Positions 28,201 to 37,605 of a stretch of 64,000 nucleotides of DNA are shown one piece after another (the first letter of the stretch is position 1; the number at the start of each line of letters is the position of its first letter). The notes under the pieces were generated by a model that worked only from the letters and a program-made list of their open reading frames with translations, had not been told where the DNA came from and did no database searches. The stretch lies in IMG/VR virus record IMGVR_UViG_3300032323_000716, positions 1 to 64,000 of that record; one strand, written 5' to 3'. The position numbers and the translations under genes were made by a program. The DNA comes from a virus.

Positions 28201-31200
28201 GCAATTGGTTACCCTGCTACTGTAAATCCAGCAACTGCTTGGGTTTCTTCTGAATTACAAACTGCAGGATCGGCATTGAATACTGCTAAATCAGAAATTC
28301 AAACACATTCTGTAAACTATATCAAGAGAGAATATCCAACATTAGTGTTCAATGAAACAACATGTTCTAGAGATGTTGGCTTGATAGTTGATGCATTACG
28401 TTACGATTTAATGTTTAACAGTAATTTTGCTTCTATCAAAGCAGGTATGAGTTATCGCAGAGGCATTGCATCTGCACAGTTAGTGATAGCAAATCAGTTG
28501 GCTGCTACTCAGACTATATTAGACTTTATCGGTAAGAAAGGCGCTGTTATTGTATCTTATGGTTCGTCTGTGATGTCACAGTTACTATGGGATGATATTA
28601 TTAACTATGCTAACACAGGCACAAGACCTATCATAGTTGGTACAATGGATCCTACTACAGATATTGATCGTTACAATGGTTCTCAGATTCTGTTATTAAA
28701 CAAACAGTTTATGGTAGCAGAAGCCACTGCTTATATTGATCAAACATTCCGTGCTACAGTTTCAGCATCTACAGGTTCAACAACAGATACATTTACATGT
28801 TCATCCCAAACATGGATGGTTGCAGGCGACACTGTAAGATTCAGCGGAACTGTTTTTGGCGGTATTAACACAACAACAACATATTACATCCTAGCATCTG
28901 GATTAACCGCAACGTCATTCCAGGTTAGTTTAACCCCAGGCGGCACAGCAGTTGATTTATCTACTGCTACTGGATCTATGTTGGTTAAATGGTATTACAA
29001 TTCAGCAAGTTGCCAAAACGACGTAGGAAATTATGTAGAAGCCATTGCTCACGATATGAAATACACAGGCAACTATAAGTCTGTGATGGCAGCAAGATTC
29101 TATAGAAATGCCTTAACAGGTTCTAAACTAGAAGATATGTATTATGTCAGCCGCGGTTGCGGTGTACGTAATATGACTCTGTTAGGTCTAGACGGCACTT
29201 CGGACGGTAACACAGCCGGTGCTGGAGATGCGGACGGTCTAACAGTTGCAAATGAGTACGGTACACAACGACCATTAGCAGGTTCATATGTATCGTTGAA
29301 TCCAGGATGGGGACCGAATGATGAAAACGTTTGGGTTACTGATAAATCCACATATATACAAAACGTTACTACATTTGGTACAGCCTGCGTAGGACAAAAG
29401 ATCGACGGTAGTCTGCATGCAGGCGGTGTAGATTCTATTGTTTCCAACGACTTTACACAGGTATTGAGTGACGGTATTGGTGCATGGATCACTAACTTAG
29501 GCCGCGCAGAACTTGTTTCAGTGTTCTCATATTACAACTATATTGGTTATCTAGCAGAAAACGGAGGAAAAATCCGTGCTACTAACGGCAACAACTCCTA
29601 TGGTACATTTGGTTCTGTGTCAGAAGGTGTTGATATCACAGAAACGGCCATTACAGGAGAAATTAACAACAGAGCATCAGAAGCCACTGTAAGAAATGTT
29701 ATCACAGATGGCGACGATGTTTTGATTTATGAATTTGGCAACGCAGGTAATGCATATACTTCGGCTACCTTTACAACATCTGGAGCAGGAACAGGCGTAG
29801 CAACAATCGCTAACGAATTCAGAGATGGCGGTGTGTTTAATATTCGCTTAACAGACCCAGGTGATTCCACCGGAACTGGCGGTGTAGGTTATATTACTGC
29901 GTCAAATAAAGCACAAAGCGGAAACACAACTAGTATTACATTAGCAGCCGCTGACAGCAGAGGCAGTATTGCTTATGTAGGCATGAGTGTTTACCTAGTT
30001 TCTGGAACAGGTGCAGGACAGTATGGATATATTGGAACATACAATGCAGGTTCTAAAGTGGCTACTGTGTTTAGAGAAAGCACAGGAAGTGCAGGTTGGG
30101 ATCATGTAGTACCTGGAACACCTATCGAAGCAGCCTTAGATGTAACAACTGGCTATGAGATTACTCCAAGAATTAACATATCAGCGCCACCGTTTACTAA
30201 AACACAGGCTAATATGCCTGCAAATCGTAACTGGTCAGATGTGGCTTACGGTGATGGCTTTGGCTATTATGCTAATCTATCTGCTACAGGCGGTTCAGGT
30301 TCACTGGCAACATTCCATGTAACTCGCAGATACGGAGTTTATACAGTAGAAATTAACGCAGGCGGCGCATTATACACCGCAGGCAATACTCTAACTATTC
30401 TAGGAACTAGCCTAGGAGGAACTAGTCCTGCTAACGATCTAACATTAACTGTAGACACAGTTACATCACCAAGCGGTGCTATTACATCAGTAACACCAAC
30501 TGGCACAGCAGTAACGCCAAAATACGTAGCAGTGGCCAGTGGCACTATAAATGCTGCATGGTCTTTAGATGGCGTATCTTGGACAGGATTTACTATGCCA
30601 ACTGCTTCAGGTGGTGGCGGTGGCGAGCCAGACAATCAATGGGTGGCTATTGCCTATGACGTTTATCAAAACGTAGGAAGATATGTGGCCGTAGCAAGAG
30701 GATCATCAACCGCAGCATACTCATTTGATGGAGTAAACTGGACAGCAGTTTCATTAGGAGTAGTCGAAGATTGGTGCGATGTTGTGGGTGGTAACGGCAC
30801 ATTTGTTGTTATTGCAGAAAGTGATTCAAGTACCACATGGAGATCAACATCTACTAACGGTGGCTTGACATGGACAGCAGCCACAGTAGGCACAGGAGCC
30901 AAAGCAATTGCTTATGGCGGCGGAAGATTCGTAGCCGTAGAAGGAAACTTCTCAAATTCTGTAGCATGGTCTGCCAATGGAACAACTTGGACAGTGACTA
31001 CATTGCCATCAAATGATGACTCTACAGAAAGTAACTGGCAAGATATTGCTTACGGTAACGGAAGATTCGTAGCAATTTCAGACAGTTCTGCAATGGCAGC
31101 ATACTCATTTAACGGTGCTACATGGTATAAGAGCAACTTACCTAGCATTTCAGAATGGAGTTCTATCAATTACGGTCAAGGCGTGTTTTATGTAACAAGT

Positions 31201-33630
31201 CTTGGAGATGCTGCCGCAAGTTCACCAGACGGTGTAACATGGACAGTTCGTGACGGTAGTTTCTTATCTTTAGATATTACCGCTACAAACGCTGATAGCG
31301 TAGCAACTACAGCATCAGCAAGAACGTTGCCTAGCAGCAGCACTTGGCAAGATGTATTATGGGACGGTAGTAAGTTTGTAGCCGTAGGATATACCACAGC
31401 CTCTTCATTAGGCGCTTACGCTACCAGCACCGACGGTGTTTTATGGTCAGGTGGTACGATTGCACAGTCCGGCACTAACTGGGAATATACAGCATTAGCC
31501 TATAACGGTACAAATCAGTACGTAGCGTTAATTGGAGGCAACGGCGGTACTAACGATCTAGCAACTAGTACAAACGGAACCACATGGGCAACAGTAGCCA
31601 ATGCATTGCCTGCTAATTCATTCTGGAAACAGGTAATTTGGGACGGTTCTAAATACGTGGCTATTAGAGCAGATAGTCCTAATATTGCCACAAGTACTAA
31701 CGGCACTACATGGGCAGGTTCTGCAGTATCGGGAGGTTCTGCAGATGCTACTAGTATTGCAGTAGGCGCTATCGGCGCTACAACTTACCATATTATTGTT
31801 AGTGGCGGTTCAGCAACTAGCCAAGCAGTTTCACATTCTACAAACAGTGCGTCTACTTGGACCACTGCTAACTCTATGCCTTCAGCAGCACTTTGGAGTT
31901 CTGTAGCATATGGTAATAGCAGATTTGTAGCAGTAGCAGGTAATACTGCCACAGCAACTACAACTGCGGCGTTTTCAACTAACGGAACATCTTGGTCATC
32001 TGCAACTATGCCAGGAGCCGCTGCTCGTTGGGTAAAAGTTATTTGGACTGGAACAGCGTTCCTTGCTTTTGCTTATAACAGCACAAGAACTGCTTATTCT
32101 ACTAATGGTTCAACATGGGTAGAAGGTCCTGCACAGCCAAACACTGCTAACTGGTTTACAGCAGCATCAACAGGAACTACTTCTTACACAGTAGCATCTT
32201 TAGCAACCAATACAACAAACACTGCCTCTAGCATGGAATTTGCTATAGGAGTTAACTGGTTGACAACTTCTAGCACTACAACTAATGTCAATGTTGGTGA
32301 TAGAATTAGATTTATTAGAGATTCCAGTGGTTCAGAAATATTTGGTGGAGTTAGAACTGATGTTGGTTTATATTATTTTGTAACCAGCGTTTACGATTCT
32401 ACAAGATTTACAATTTCAACAACAAGCGGAGGCTCTAACTTCTCATTATCAACAGGATCGGGCAGTATGTTGGCATTGACCAGCAAACGTTATGTTCATT
32501 CTGTTCTAGGTAACTATCAAAGCAATCCTCGTTGGGTAGTACTTGGTGCTAACTCGCAGGGCGTTTTGAATATTCGTCAAGGTGCAAAAGCCAGAAGTCG
32601 TTGTCTAGTATCAGGTGAAGGATTAATTACTGAAATTTGGATACACGAACCAGGATCTGGTTATGTAACTGAACCAACATTAACTATTACAGATCCTAAC
32701 AACACCGGAGCAGACGCTACTACACAAGTTAGAATAGGTAATGGTGTAATTGCTCAACCTACATTTACTAACAGAGGTAATAACTACACTGCTGCCGCAG
32801 CAGAAATCACAGGCAACGGTTATGCAGATAACTATCAGACCACAGCGTTTGTAGCATTTAAGAACTTTACTGACATTCCTAAAGCAGGTTCTAATGTTCA
32901 AATTGCTGGAATTGACGATATCTATTATAGATTAGTTAATGTCACGGGACTGTTACCTAACACAGACGGAACTTATAATGCTACATTGCAATTAAGTCCT
33001 GCCTTAGGTGCTGCAGAGTCTCCAGAACATAATACTGCTGTAAATATTCGCAGACGTTATTCACAGGTTCGACTAACAGGTCACGATTTCTTGGATATTG
33101 GTACTGGTAATTTCACAGAATCTAATTACCCAGGATTACCGTTAAACGATCCTATACCTGCTAACGAAACAGTTGGTCAAGGCGGAGGCCGTGTATTCTA
33201 CACAAGTACTGACCAAGACGGTAACTTTAGAGTTGGCGGATTGTTCAACGTTGAACAGAGTACTGGTGTTGCAACATTGAATGCTGACGCATTTAACATT
33301 GCAGGATTGAACGAACTGTCTCTAGGTTCTGTGGCACTTGGCGGAAGCGGTGCTACTATTTCAGAATTCAGTACAGACCCGTTCTTTACACAGGATTCGG
33401 ATACAGTAATACCTACGCAGCGAGCAATCAAAGCCTATATTACTAGCCAGATCGGTGGCGGTGGATCAAGTCTAAACGTAAACACCCTAACAGCAGGTGT
33501 AATTTACGTAGCAGGACAGTCCATTAGCACAACTACAAATGTTCAAATTAACATAAATAGTAAGGTAAACTTCAAAGGCGGTATAGCGGGTGATGCCCTT
33601 GTGTTAAATTACTTTTTACAAGCAAATTGA
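25207..33630 (+). CDS. Giant modular virion protein/adhesin, paralogue of 19695
   Basis: 2807 aa; same MAEFKL N-terminus, 8 CBM-like repeats, beta-helix with four C-x-R/N-D helical inserts, two Asp-box propeller regions and the shared YSQVRLTGHD...GRVFYTSTDQDGNFRVG C-terminus. Confidence 0.75.
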   Translation: MAEFKLGRIRFVWKNDWATGITYYKDDIVAYGGRTYLCVVGHTAAADFYTDLDNVPTKWNQFSDGQDWKGNWASTTLYKENDIVKYGGYVYICNNGHTSSSTLEANQGNWDLFAESFDWKGNWSTTTTYKVNDVVKYGGYVYLCNAAHTSAATAALGLEQDLSNWDLFSKGVDWKGAWATSTRYKIGDLVKNGGNTYVCNLGHTSAATAASGLEADQSKWDYFNQGIDYKGVWVTGTRYKHNDIVKYGGGIYICITPHTAAAAFATDEANWNQIVEGFEFEGDWVSGTVYQPGDVVRYGGNSYIAKTNHTAVGGQVPPTQPLTWDLFAEGFRLQGDWTGGGQQYKIGEIVRHGGFTYVAIADSQNQSPPNLTYWSKLNEGIDWQGNWTVAAVYKLGDAVKYGPNSYIAIQGHTATNGSDRPDNDGTGTYWNLLTAGNEESVLTTIGDLVYYSGAGPTRLPIGEEGQVLTVSSGQPAWEYFGKIKNTFYVGPNGTDSPAPIYGQTIDQPWASVRYACEQIDLGTEYPNAAYLLKQNRTFIQREIAEWVKRQITLGTGIWSGFTNDNDALCERDMGLILDAIIYDLTHTGNIKSIEATESYFNTAGTALIAAIADEDEQLVEAINYGVTLIGNVLANTAPAANYQALNGISAGDRTLQIINGAYTAETGTLAICQGLAAIITNAVTAGNTSGVPGRDIPNYTVNIKTGLFEEILPIRVPSNTALVGDELRSARVSPAGKLIGNNDTAKTIATLTHLKSITDNIVTNSAVTPTTGNSETQDTTSQNEGNIGSTTAVSRLQAGVAEIKDILANNTPDAFVLTNPTNWGTSLTDTAYASTGNVTGATTGYDNARAQILANTAFIKAEITAWIAVQVAGNIAPFTTAFTYDSAACARDVEYILDAMRYDLTYGGNTQTMVAAKAYYSFGVATFGDGEKDETLAAYARLKTVVGQVITEAAVSISAGNVLTQDVSGTAGGTSSKNFGEERIQNIIDLITVDGVDTAIGYPATVNPATAWVSSELQTAGSALNTAKSEIQTHSVNYIKREYPTLVFNETTCSRDVGLIVDALRYDLMFNSNFASIKAGMSYRRGIASAQLVIANQLAATQTILDFIGKKGAVIVSYGSSVMSQLLWDDIINYANTGTRPIIVGTMDPTTDIDRYNGSQILLLNKQFMVAEATAYIDQTFRATVSASTGSTTDTFTCSSQTWMVAGDTVRFSGTVFGGINTTTTYYILASGLTATSFQVSLTPGGTAVDLSTATGSMLVKWYYNSASCQNDVGNYVEAIAHDMKYTGNYKSVMAARFYRNALTGSKLEDMYYVSRGCGVRNMTLLGLDGTSDGNTAGAGDADGLTVANEYGTQRPLAGSYVSLNPGWGPNDENVWVTDKSTYIQNVTTFGTACVGQKIDGSLHAGGVDSIVSNDFTQVLSDGIGAWITNLGRAELVSVFSYYNYIGYLAENGGKIRATNGNNSYGTFGSVSEGVDITETAITGEINNRASEATVRNVITDGDDVLIYEFGNAGNAYTSATFTTSGAGTGVATIANEFRDGGVFNIRLTDPGDSTGTGGVGYITASNKAQSGNTTSITLAAADSRGSIAYVGMSVYLVSGTGAGQYGYIGTYNAGSKVATVFRESTGSAGWDHVVPGTPIEAALDVTTGYEITPRINISAPPFTKTQANMPANRNWSDVAYGDGFGYYANLSATGGSGSLATFHVTRRYGVYTVEINAGGALYTAGNTLTILGTSLGGTSPANDLTLTVDTVTSPSGAITSVTPTGTAVTPKYVAVASGTINAAWSLDGVSWTGFTMPTASGGGGGEPDNQWVAIAYDVYQNVGRYVAVARGSSTAAYSFDGVNWTAVSLGVVEDWCDVVGGNGTFVVIAESDSSTTWRSTSTNGGLTWTAATVGTGAKAIAYGGGRFVAVEGNFSNSVAWSANGTTWTVTTLPSNDDSTESNWQDIAYGNGRFVAISDSSAMAAYSFNGATWYKSNLPSISEWSSINYGQGVFYVTSLGDAAASSPDGVTWTVRDGSFLSLDITATNADSVATTASARTLPSSSTWQDVLWDGSKFVAVGYTTASSLGAYATSTDGVLWSGGTIAQSGTNWEYTALAYNGTNQYVALIGGNGGTNDLATSTNGTTWATVANALPANSFWKQVIWDGSKYVAIRADSPNIATSTNGTTWAGSAVSGGSADATSIAVGAIGATTYHIIVSGGSATSQAVSHSTNSASTWTTANSMPSAALWSSVAYGNSRFVAVAGNTATATTTAAFSTNGTSWSSATMPGAAARWVKVIWTGTAFLAFAYNSTRTAYSTNGSTWVEGPAQPNTANWFTAASTGTTSYTVASLATNTTNTASSMEFAIGVNWLTTSSTTTNVNVGDRIRFIRDSSGSEIFGGVRTDVGLYYFVTSVYDSTRFTISTTSGGSNFSLSTGSGSMLALTSKRYVHSVLGNYQSNPRWVVLGANSQGVLNIRQGAKARSRCLVSGEGLITEIWIHEPGSGYVTEPTLTITDPNNTGADATTQVRIGNGVIAQPTFTNRGNNYTAAAAEITGNGYADNYQTTAFVAFKNFTDIPKAGSNVQIAGIDDIYYRLVNVTGLLPNTDGTYNATLQLSPALGAAESPEHNTAVNIRRRYSQVRLTGHDFLDIGTGNFTESNYPGLPLNDPIPANETVGQGGGRVFYTSTDQDGNFRVGGLFNVEQSTGVATLNADAFNIAGLNELSLGSVALGGSGATISEFSTDPFFTQDSDTVIPTQRAIKAYITSQIGGGGSSLNVNTLTAGVIYVAGQSISTTTNVQININSKVNFKGGIAGDALVLNYFLQAN

Positions 33631-33641
33631 TGGAGAAATAA

Positions 33642-33962
33642 ATGGCTACAGGATTATTAGGTCAATCAGCATTAGCAGCAGCGACGAACACAACGGTGTA
33701 CACCGTGCCTGCCACTACTTTTACGGTTTTGAGTATAAATGTTTTAAACCGTGGAACAACAGCAGTTGCAGTAAGAGTTGCTCTTGCTGCAACAGGTACA
33801 CCGACCAATGCAGAATGGATAGAATTTGATGTTCAAATTGGTTCTAACGGAGTATTAGAAAGAACAGGTATTATGATGGATTCTGGCAAACGTCTCGTAG
33901 TATTTGCCAGCAATGCCAACGTGTCAGTGAGTGCGTTTGGCATAGAGACTTCAACAGTATAA
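33642..33962 (+). CDS. Small beta-rich virion protein (paralogue of 15806 and 18977)
   Basis: 106 aa; TTVYTVPA...SINVLNRG...LERTGIMMDSGKRLVV. Confidence 0.6.
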   Translation: MATGLLGQSALAAATNTTVYTVPATTFTVLSINVLNRGTTAVAVRVALAATGTPTNAEWIEFDVQIGSNGVLERTGIMMDSGKRLVVFASNANVSVSAFGIETSTV

Positions 33963-33975
33963 TTAGGAGAACAAA

Positions 33976-34302
33976 ATGGGACGACAAGTATCATCCTTTG
34001 GAACCGATGCAGTAACAAACAGAACCGTAACAAGTACTGGTAACGTCACTGCTGGCGAAAGAATTTTCGCTAACGCAACAGGAGGAGCATTTACCCTAAC
34101 TCTGCCAGCATCACCTGCGGAAGGTGACACTATTCAGATCATCGACGTTGCCGGTATTTTTACAACAAATAACGTAACGATCGCTAGAAATGGACAAAGA
34201 ATTCAGAACCTAAACGAGAATTTAGTTTTAGATATGAACAATGCAGCAGTTACAATGATTTATTCGGGTGCTACCTTCGGTTGGGTATTCATCGGACCAT
34301 AA
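33976..34302 (+). CDS. T4 gp9/gp10-like fibre connector domain protein
   Basis: 108 aa; TLTLPASPAEGDTIQIID...F.TNNVTIARNG.RI...LVYS-like...GW pattern; AGGAG SD. Confidence 0.55.
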   Translation: MGRQVSSFGTDAVTNRTVTSTGNVTAGERIFANATGGAFTLTLPASPAEGDTIQIIDVAGIFTTNNVTIARNGQRIQNLNENLVLDMNNAAVTMIYSGATFGWVFIGP

Positions 34303-34314
34303 TAGGAAAATAAA

Positions 34315-35334
34315 ATGGCAAGACTTACTGATCTACTGACCACTAGGGAGATCATGGCCAACCAGCAGAATCTGGAGAAGGGCCGGGTATTCACCGTTAC
34401 CCCTAGTACGATGTTTACCTGCATCCGAGATGATATGGGCTGGTGTTGGACCTCTCCCGGATGCGGAGTTTTAGAAATTGAAATGTGGGGAGCAGCGGGC
34501 GGTGGATCTCGTATGTGTTGCTGTGGTGGCGGCCTACCAGGCAATGCTCCCGGTTATACAAGAAAATGCATAGCGGTATTTTGTAATACAGCAATTTGTG
34601 CCTGTCCAGGAATGGCCTGTAACGCACACGATCTATGCTTTAGCGGTTGCGGCTTGCCAAGTTATTTGAGATGGTGTAATGCTCGAGACTTGTGCGGATA
34701 TAGCAACGGCTGTATGTGTGCCCAAGGCGGTAAAGGTGGCAACAGTTTCTGTTCAACATCAACATCTGTCTACTGCTGTTTTGTAGCAGGCGGATTCTGT
34801 CACACACTATTTGCTAACAGTTGCGGTATTGTATGTAATCAATGTCCAGGCGCCTGGATTGGTTGCGGTTATGGCGGCGACACTAATTGCTGCGGATGTA
34901 TCAGTTATATGCACTTCTTCTGTAATACAGGCAATCCTCGCCCTTGCTATGTACATCAATTCGTTGCTTATTCACCAGGAATATTCAGCGATCAAGGCGG
35001 TGTCATAGCATCTATGGCAGAAGAAGATCCAGAATTTACACAATGGAGCGGCGCAGGGCTATTAAATCATCAATATGCTCAAAACGCTCTAAGCAGATCA
35101 CCAATTAGCGGTATATCATGGATGACCTGTCAAGCAAGTACACAGAGTTGCGGCTGTTACGAAATGTATGGCTGTATGCCGTTTAACTCTTATGGCGTAG
35201 GTGGACTTCCACCATATCCATGTCCGGATGTTAGAGATCACGGTAAACGTGGTGGACATGGTGCTATTAGATTAACTTATAGGGGATCAAATATCGCTGG
35301 TCAGAACTGTGCTAAACTAGGAGGCTCGTACTAA
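34315..35334 (+). CDS. Cysteine- and glycine-rich protein 1 (candidate fibre tip/adhesin)
   Basis: 339 aa, 36 Cys by hand count; EMWGAAGGG, MCCCG, CAQGG.GG, CGCYE..GC and PCPDVRD..RGG.G.IR motifs. Confidence 0.7.
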   Translation: MARLTDLLTTREIMANQQNLEKGRVFTVTPSTMFTCIRDDMGWCWTSPGCGVLEIEMWGAAGGGSRMCCCGGGLPGNAPGYTRKCIAVFCNTAICACPGMACNAHDLCFSGCGLPSYLRWCNARDLCGYSNGCMCAQGGKGGNSFCSTSTSVYCCFVAGGFCHTLFANSCGIVCNQCPGAWIGCGYGGDTNCCGCISYMHFFCNTGNPRPCYVHQFVAYSPGIFSDQGGVIASMAEEDPEFTQWSGAGLLNHQYAQNALSRSPISGISWMTCQASTQSCGCYEMYGCMPFNSYGVGGLPPYPCPDVRDHGKRGGHGAIRLTYRGSNIAGQNCAKLGGSY

Positions 35335-35335
35335 A

Positions 35336-36565
35336 ATGGCAAAATTATCAAATCTACTAGGAAACAGAGAACTGGCTTTTGAAGATAACCTAGAAAAAGG
35401 TCGTATCTGGGTCTACCACGACGGCAATATGTATTCAACGTTCTGTAATGGATTCTGTTGGAGATCTCCAGGTACTGGTACTGTGCAAATCGATATGTGG
35501 GGTGCTGCTGGCTCAGGCGCACAGATGTGCTGCTGCGGTGCAGGACTTCCAGGTAACGCACCTGCTTATGTAAGAAAATGTATATGTGTAATCTCAGGAA
35601 ATTATATCTGCGGTTACATCGGTCGTTCATGTAATAACTCATCAGCACTGTGCTTTAGAGGTTGCTCTGAGGCTACCTGCGTATGCTGGTTTGGTTGCTC
35701 ACATCACAATTTAAGCGAAGGTGGCCAACTTTGGAATGAATCCGACGAACGGGTTCCAGCAAACCCATGGGGTTGGGGCGGCCAAGGAGCAGATGCATTA
35801 TCTCAATCTAACAGTCAAATTGAAGGTCGCGGCGATCGTAGTAATCTTAACGGCGCTAATCAAGGCTGTATGTTGTGCTGCGACACAGGAAGATGCTGTA
35901 CTGTTGGCCGTTTAGGCGGTAACTTTACTAGAGGTTGCTTGTGCGCACAAGGCGGTAGAGGTGGTATATCATTCTGTATGGATACCAAGTCTCCTTATTC
36001 ATGCTTTAGAACAGGTTATTTCTGCGGCCAAGGCCTAGGACCTGGACATAACATGTGCGATACAGGTAACTCAGCCTGCGGTATGATCTGTAACTGGTGT
36101 CAGAACGGATTTAACGTGGCCTGCGGCTACGGTGGAGATATCAACTGCTGCGGTCTATGGTCATGCACATCATTCCATGCATGTTTGCAGACTTGCCCAT
36201 GTATGTACCAGTATCACGTACCTACTGCTGCTGGAATATTTGCAGAAGATGGCGGTCAGTTTACCTACACTACATACAGTGACGGAAATCCACAGGGAGA
36301 TTGGTCAGGTGCTCCGTTGGCAGCACAGTTTAATGCATTAAAATCGCTAAGCCGCTGGCCTAGCCATCAAGAGCATTACACCTGTTGGAATAACCAAAGA
36401 TCCTGCGGCTGTTATGAAATGCAAGGTTGTATGAACTTTATGCCTGTAGGCGTACCGGGTTCAGCGGCTCATCCATGTCCTAGCGTTCGTGATCATGCTG
36501 GTCGCGGCGGCTTGGGTGCAGTGCGTGTTAAGTTTATTCCTGCTAGTGGTCAAACTTCTTACTAA
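35336..36565 (+). CDS. Cysteine- and glycine-rich protein 2 (paralogue)
   Basis: 409 aa, 40 Cys; same motifs plus an insert of about 60 aa; AGGAGG SD. Confidence 0.7.
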   Translation: MAKLSNLLGNRELAFEDNLEKGRIWVYHDGNMYSTFCNGFCWRSPGTGTVQIDMWGAAGSGAQMCCCGAGLPGNAPAYVRKCICVISGNYICGYIGRSCNNSSALCFRGCSEATCVCWFGCSHHNLSEGGQLWNESDERVPANPWGWGGQGADALSQSNSQIEGRGDRSNLNGANQGCMLCCDTGRCCTVGRLGGNFTRGCLCAQGGRGGISFCMDTKSPYSCFRTGYFCGQGLGPGHNMCDTGNSACGMICNWCQNGFNVACGYGGDINCCGLWSCTSFHACLQTCPCMYQYHVPTAAGIFAEDGGQFTYTTYSDGNPQGDWSGAPLAAQFNALKSLSRWPSHQEHYTCWNNQRSCGCYEMQGCMNFMPVGVPGSAAHPCPSVRDHAGRGGLGAVRVKFIPASGQTSY

Positions 36566-36612
36566 TATGGATAAATTAACAGTGACAATAATATTAAAAG
36601 GAGGCCTATAAC

Positions 36613-37605
36613 GTGAGCCTTAGAAGATTAGTCGAACAAAAATTAGACCAGATCAACTACGACGAGTACAATCTGGAAAAAGGCCGCGTATGGGCTTATA
36701 CTCCAGGCACAGAATACGCTAACTTCGTTAATGGATTCTGCTGGATTGCCTGTTGTACAGGGCGAGTAATCCTTGATGTTTGGGGAGCAGGCGGCAGCGG
36801 CGCTAGAATGTGCTGCTGTGGAATGGGAATTCCAGGAAATCCCGGTGCTTATGCAAGAAGATGTATTTGCGTAAACGCAGGTGATTTAGTCTGCGGCTTT
36901 GTAGGTCGTTCATGTAACAACGCTGACACATTGTGTTTCAGAGGTTGTTCAGAAGCCACTTGTGTATGTTGGTTTGGACGAAATCCAAATACTGGTGTTG
37001 CTATCAACGGCTGTATTTGTACACAAGGCGGTCGTGGAGGCACAACATGGTGCTCCACAGGCACAGGCGGCTATTGCTGCTTTACATCCGGTAACTTCTG
37101 TAATACTAACTATGGTGGATCACAGGGTATAATCTGTAACTTTGGCTCAGGCACAGGATCATGCTGTGCAGAAGCCTTTGGTGGAGATATTAACAAGCGT
37201 GGTGGATTTAGTTGTGCCACATTCTGGGGAACTAACGGTAGTTCATGCCCATGTGCTACTCACTATCACGTCGGTGTTCCGCCAGGAATGTTTGCCTGTG
37301 ACGGCGGCGTAGTTACATATACAGTAGAAGCAGATAATGGATTCTCAGAATGGAGCGGTATGGGTTATCATCAGTTTACTTCTGCATTGAACGCTATGAG
37401 TCGTTCGCCTGCTAGAGGTATTCCTTGGACAGCCTGCTACTCAGGACACACAAGAGCATGTGGATGCTATGATGTCAACGGATGCCAGCCGTTTATTCCA
37501 CCAGGAATGGGCGGTTTACCAGCACAGCCATGTCCAGATGTTAGAGACAATGGTTACAGGGGCGGATTGGGATTAGTAAGAATTAACTTTATCGAGAGGA
37601 TATAA
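36613..37605 (+). CDS. Cysteine- and glycine-rich protein 3 (paralogue)
   Basis: 330 aa, 32 Cys; GTG start with AGGAGG SD; same motifs. Confidence 0.7.
   Translation: MSLRRLVEQKLDQINYDEYNLEKGRVWAYTPGTEYANFVNGFCWIACCTGRVILDVWGAGGSGARMCCCGMGIPGNPGAYARRCICVNAGDLVCGFVGRSCNNADTLCFRGCSEATCVCWFGRNPNTGVAINGCICTQGGRGGTTWCSTGTGGYCCFTSGNFCNTNYGGSQGIICNFGSGTGSCCAEAFGGDINKRGGFSCATFWGTNGSSCPCATHYHVGVPPGMFACDGGVVTYTVEADNGFSEWSGMGYHQFTSALNAMSRSPARGIPWTACYSGHTRACGCYDVNGCQPFIPPGMGGLPAQPCPDVRDNGYRGGLGLVRINFIERI

Noticed and set aside
34315-37605. Diversity-generating retroelement template/variable repeats among the Cys-rich paralogues
   Set aside because: Differences in the most similar stretches (~35620-35695 vs ~36903-36977) are mostly synonymous and not adenine-specific, and there is no reverse transcriptase in the window.
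34315-37605. Multiheme cytochrome or RiPP precursor interpretation of the Cys-rich proteins
   Set aside because: No CxxCH motifs or signal peptides; too large for RiPP precursors; no radical SAM, YcaO or lanthipeptide enzyme nearby.
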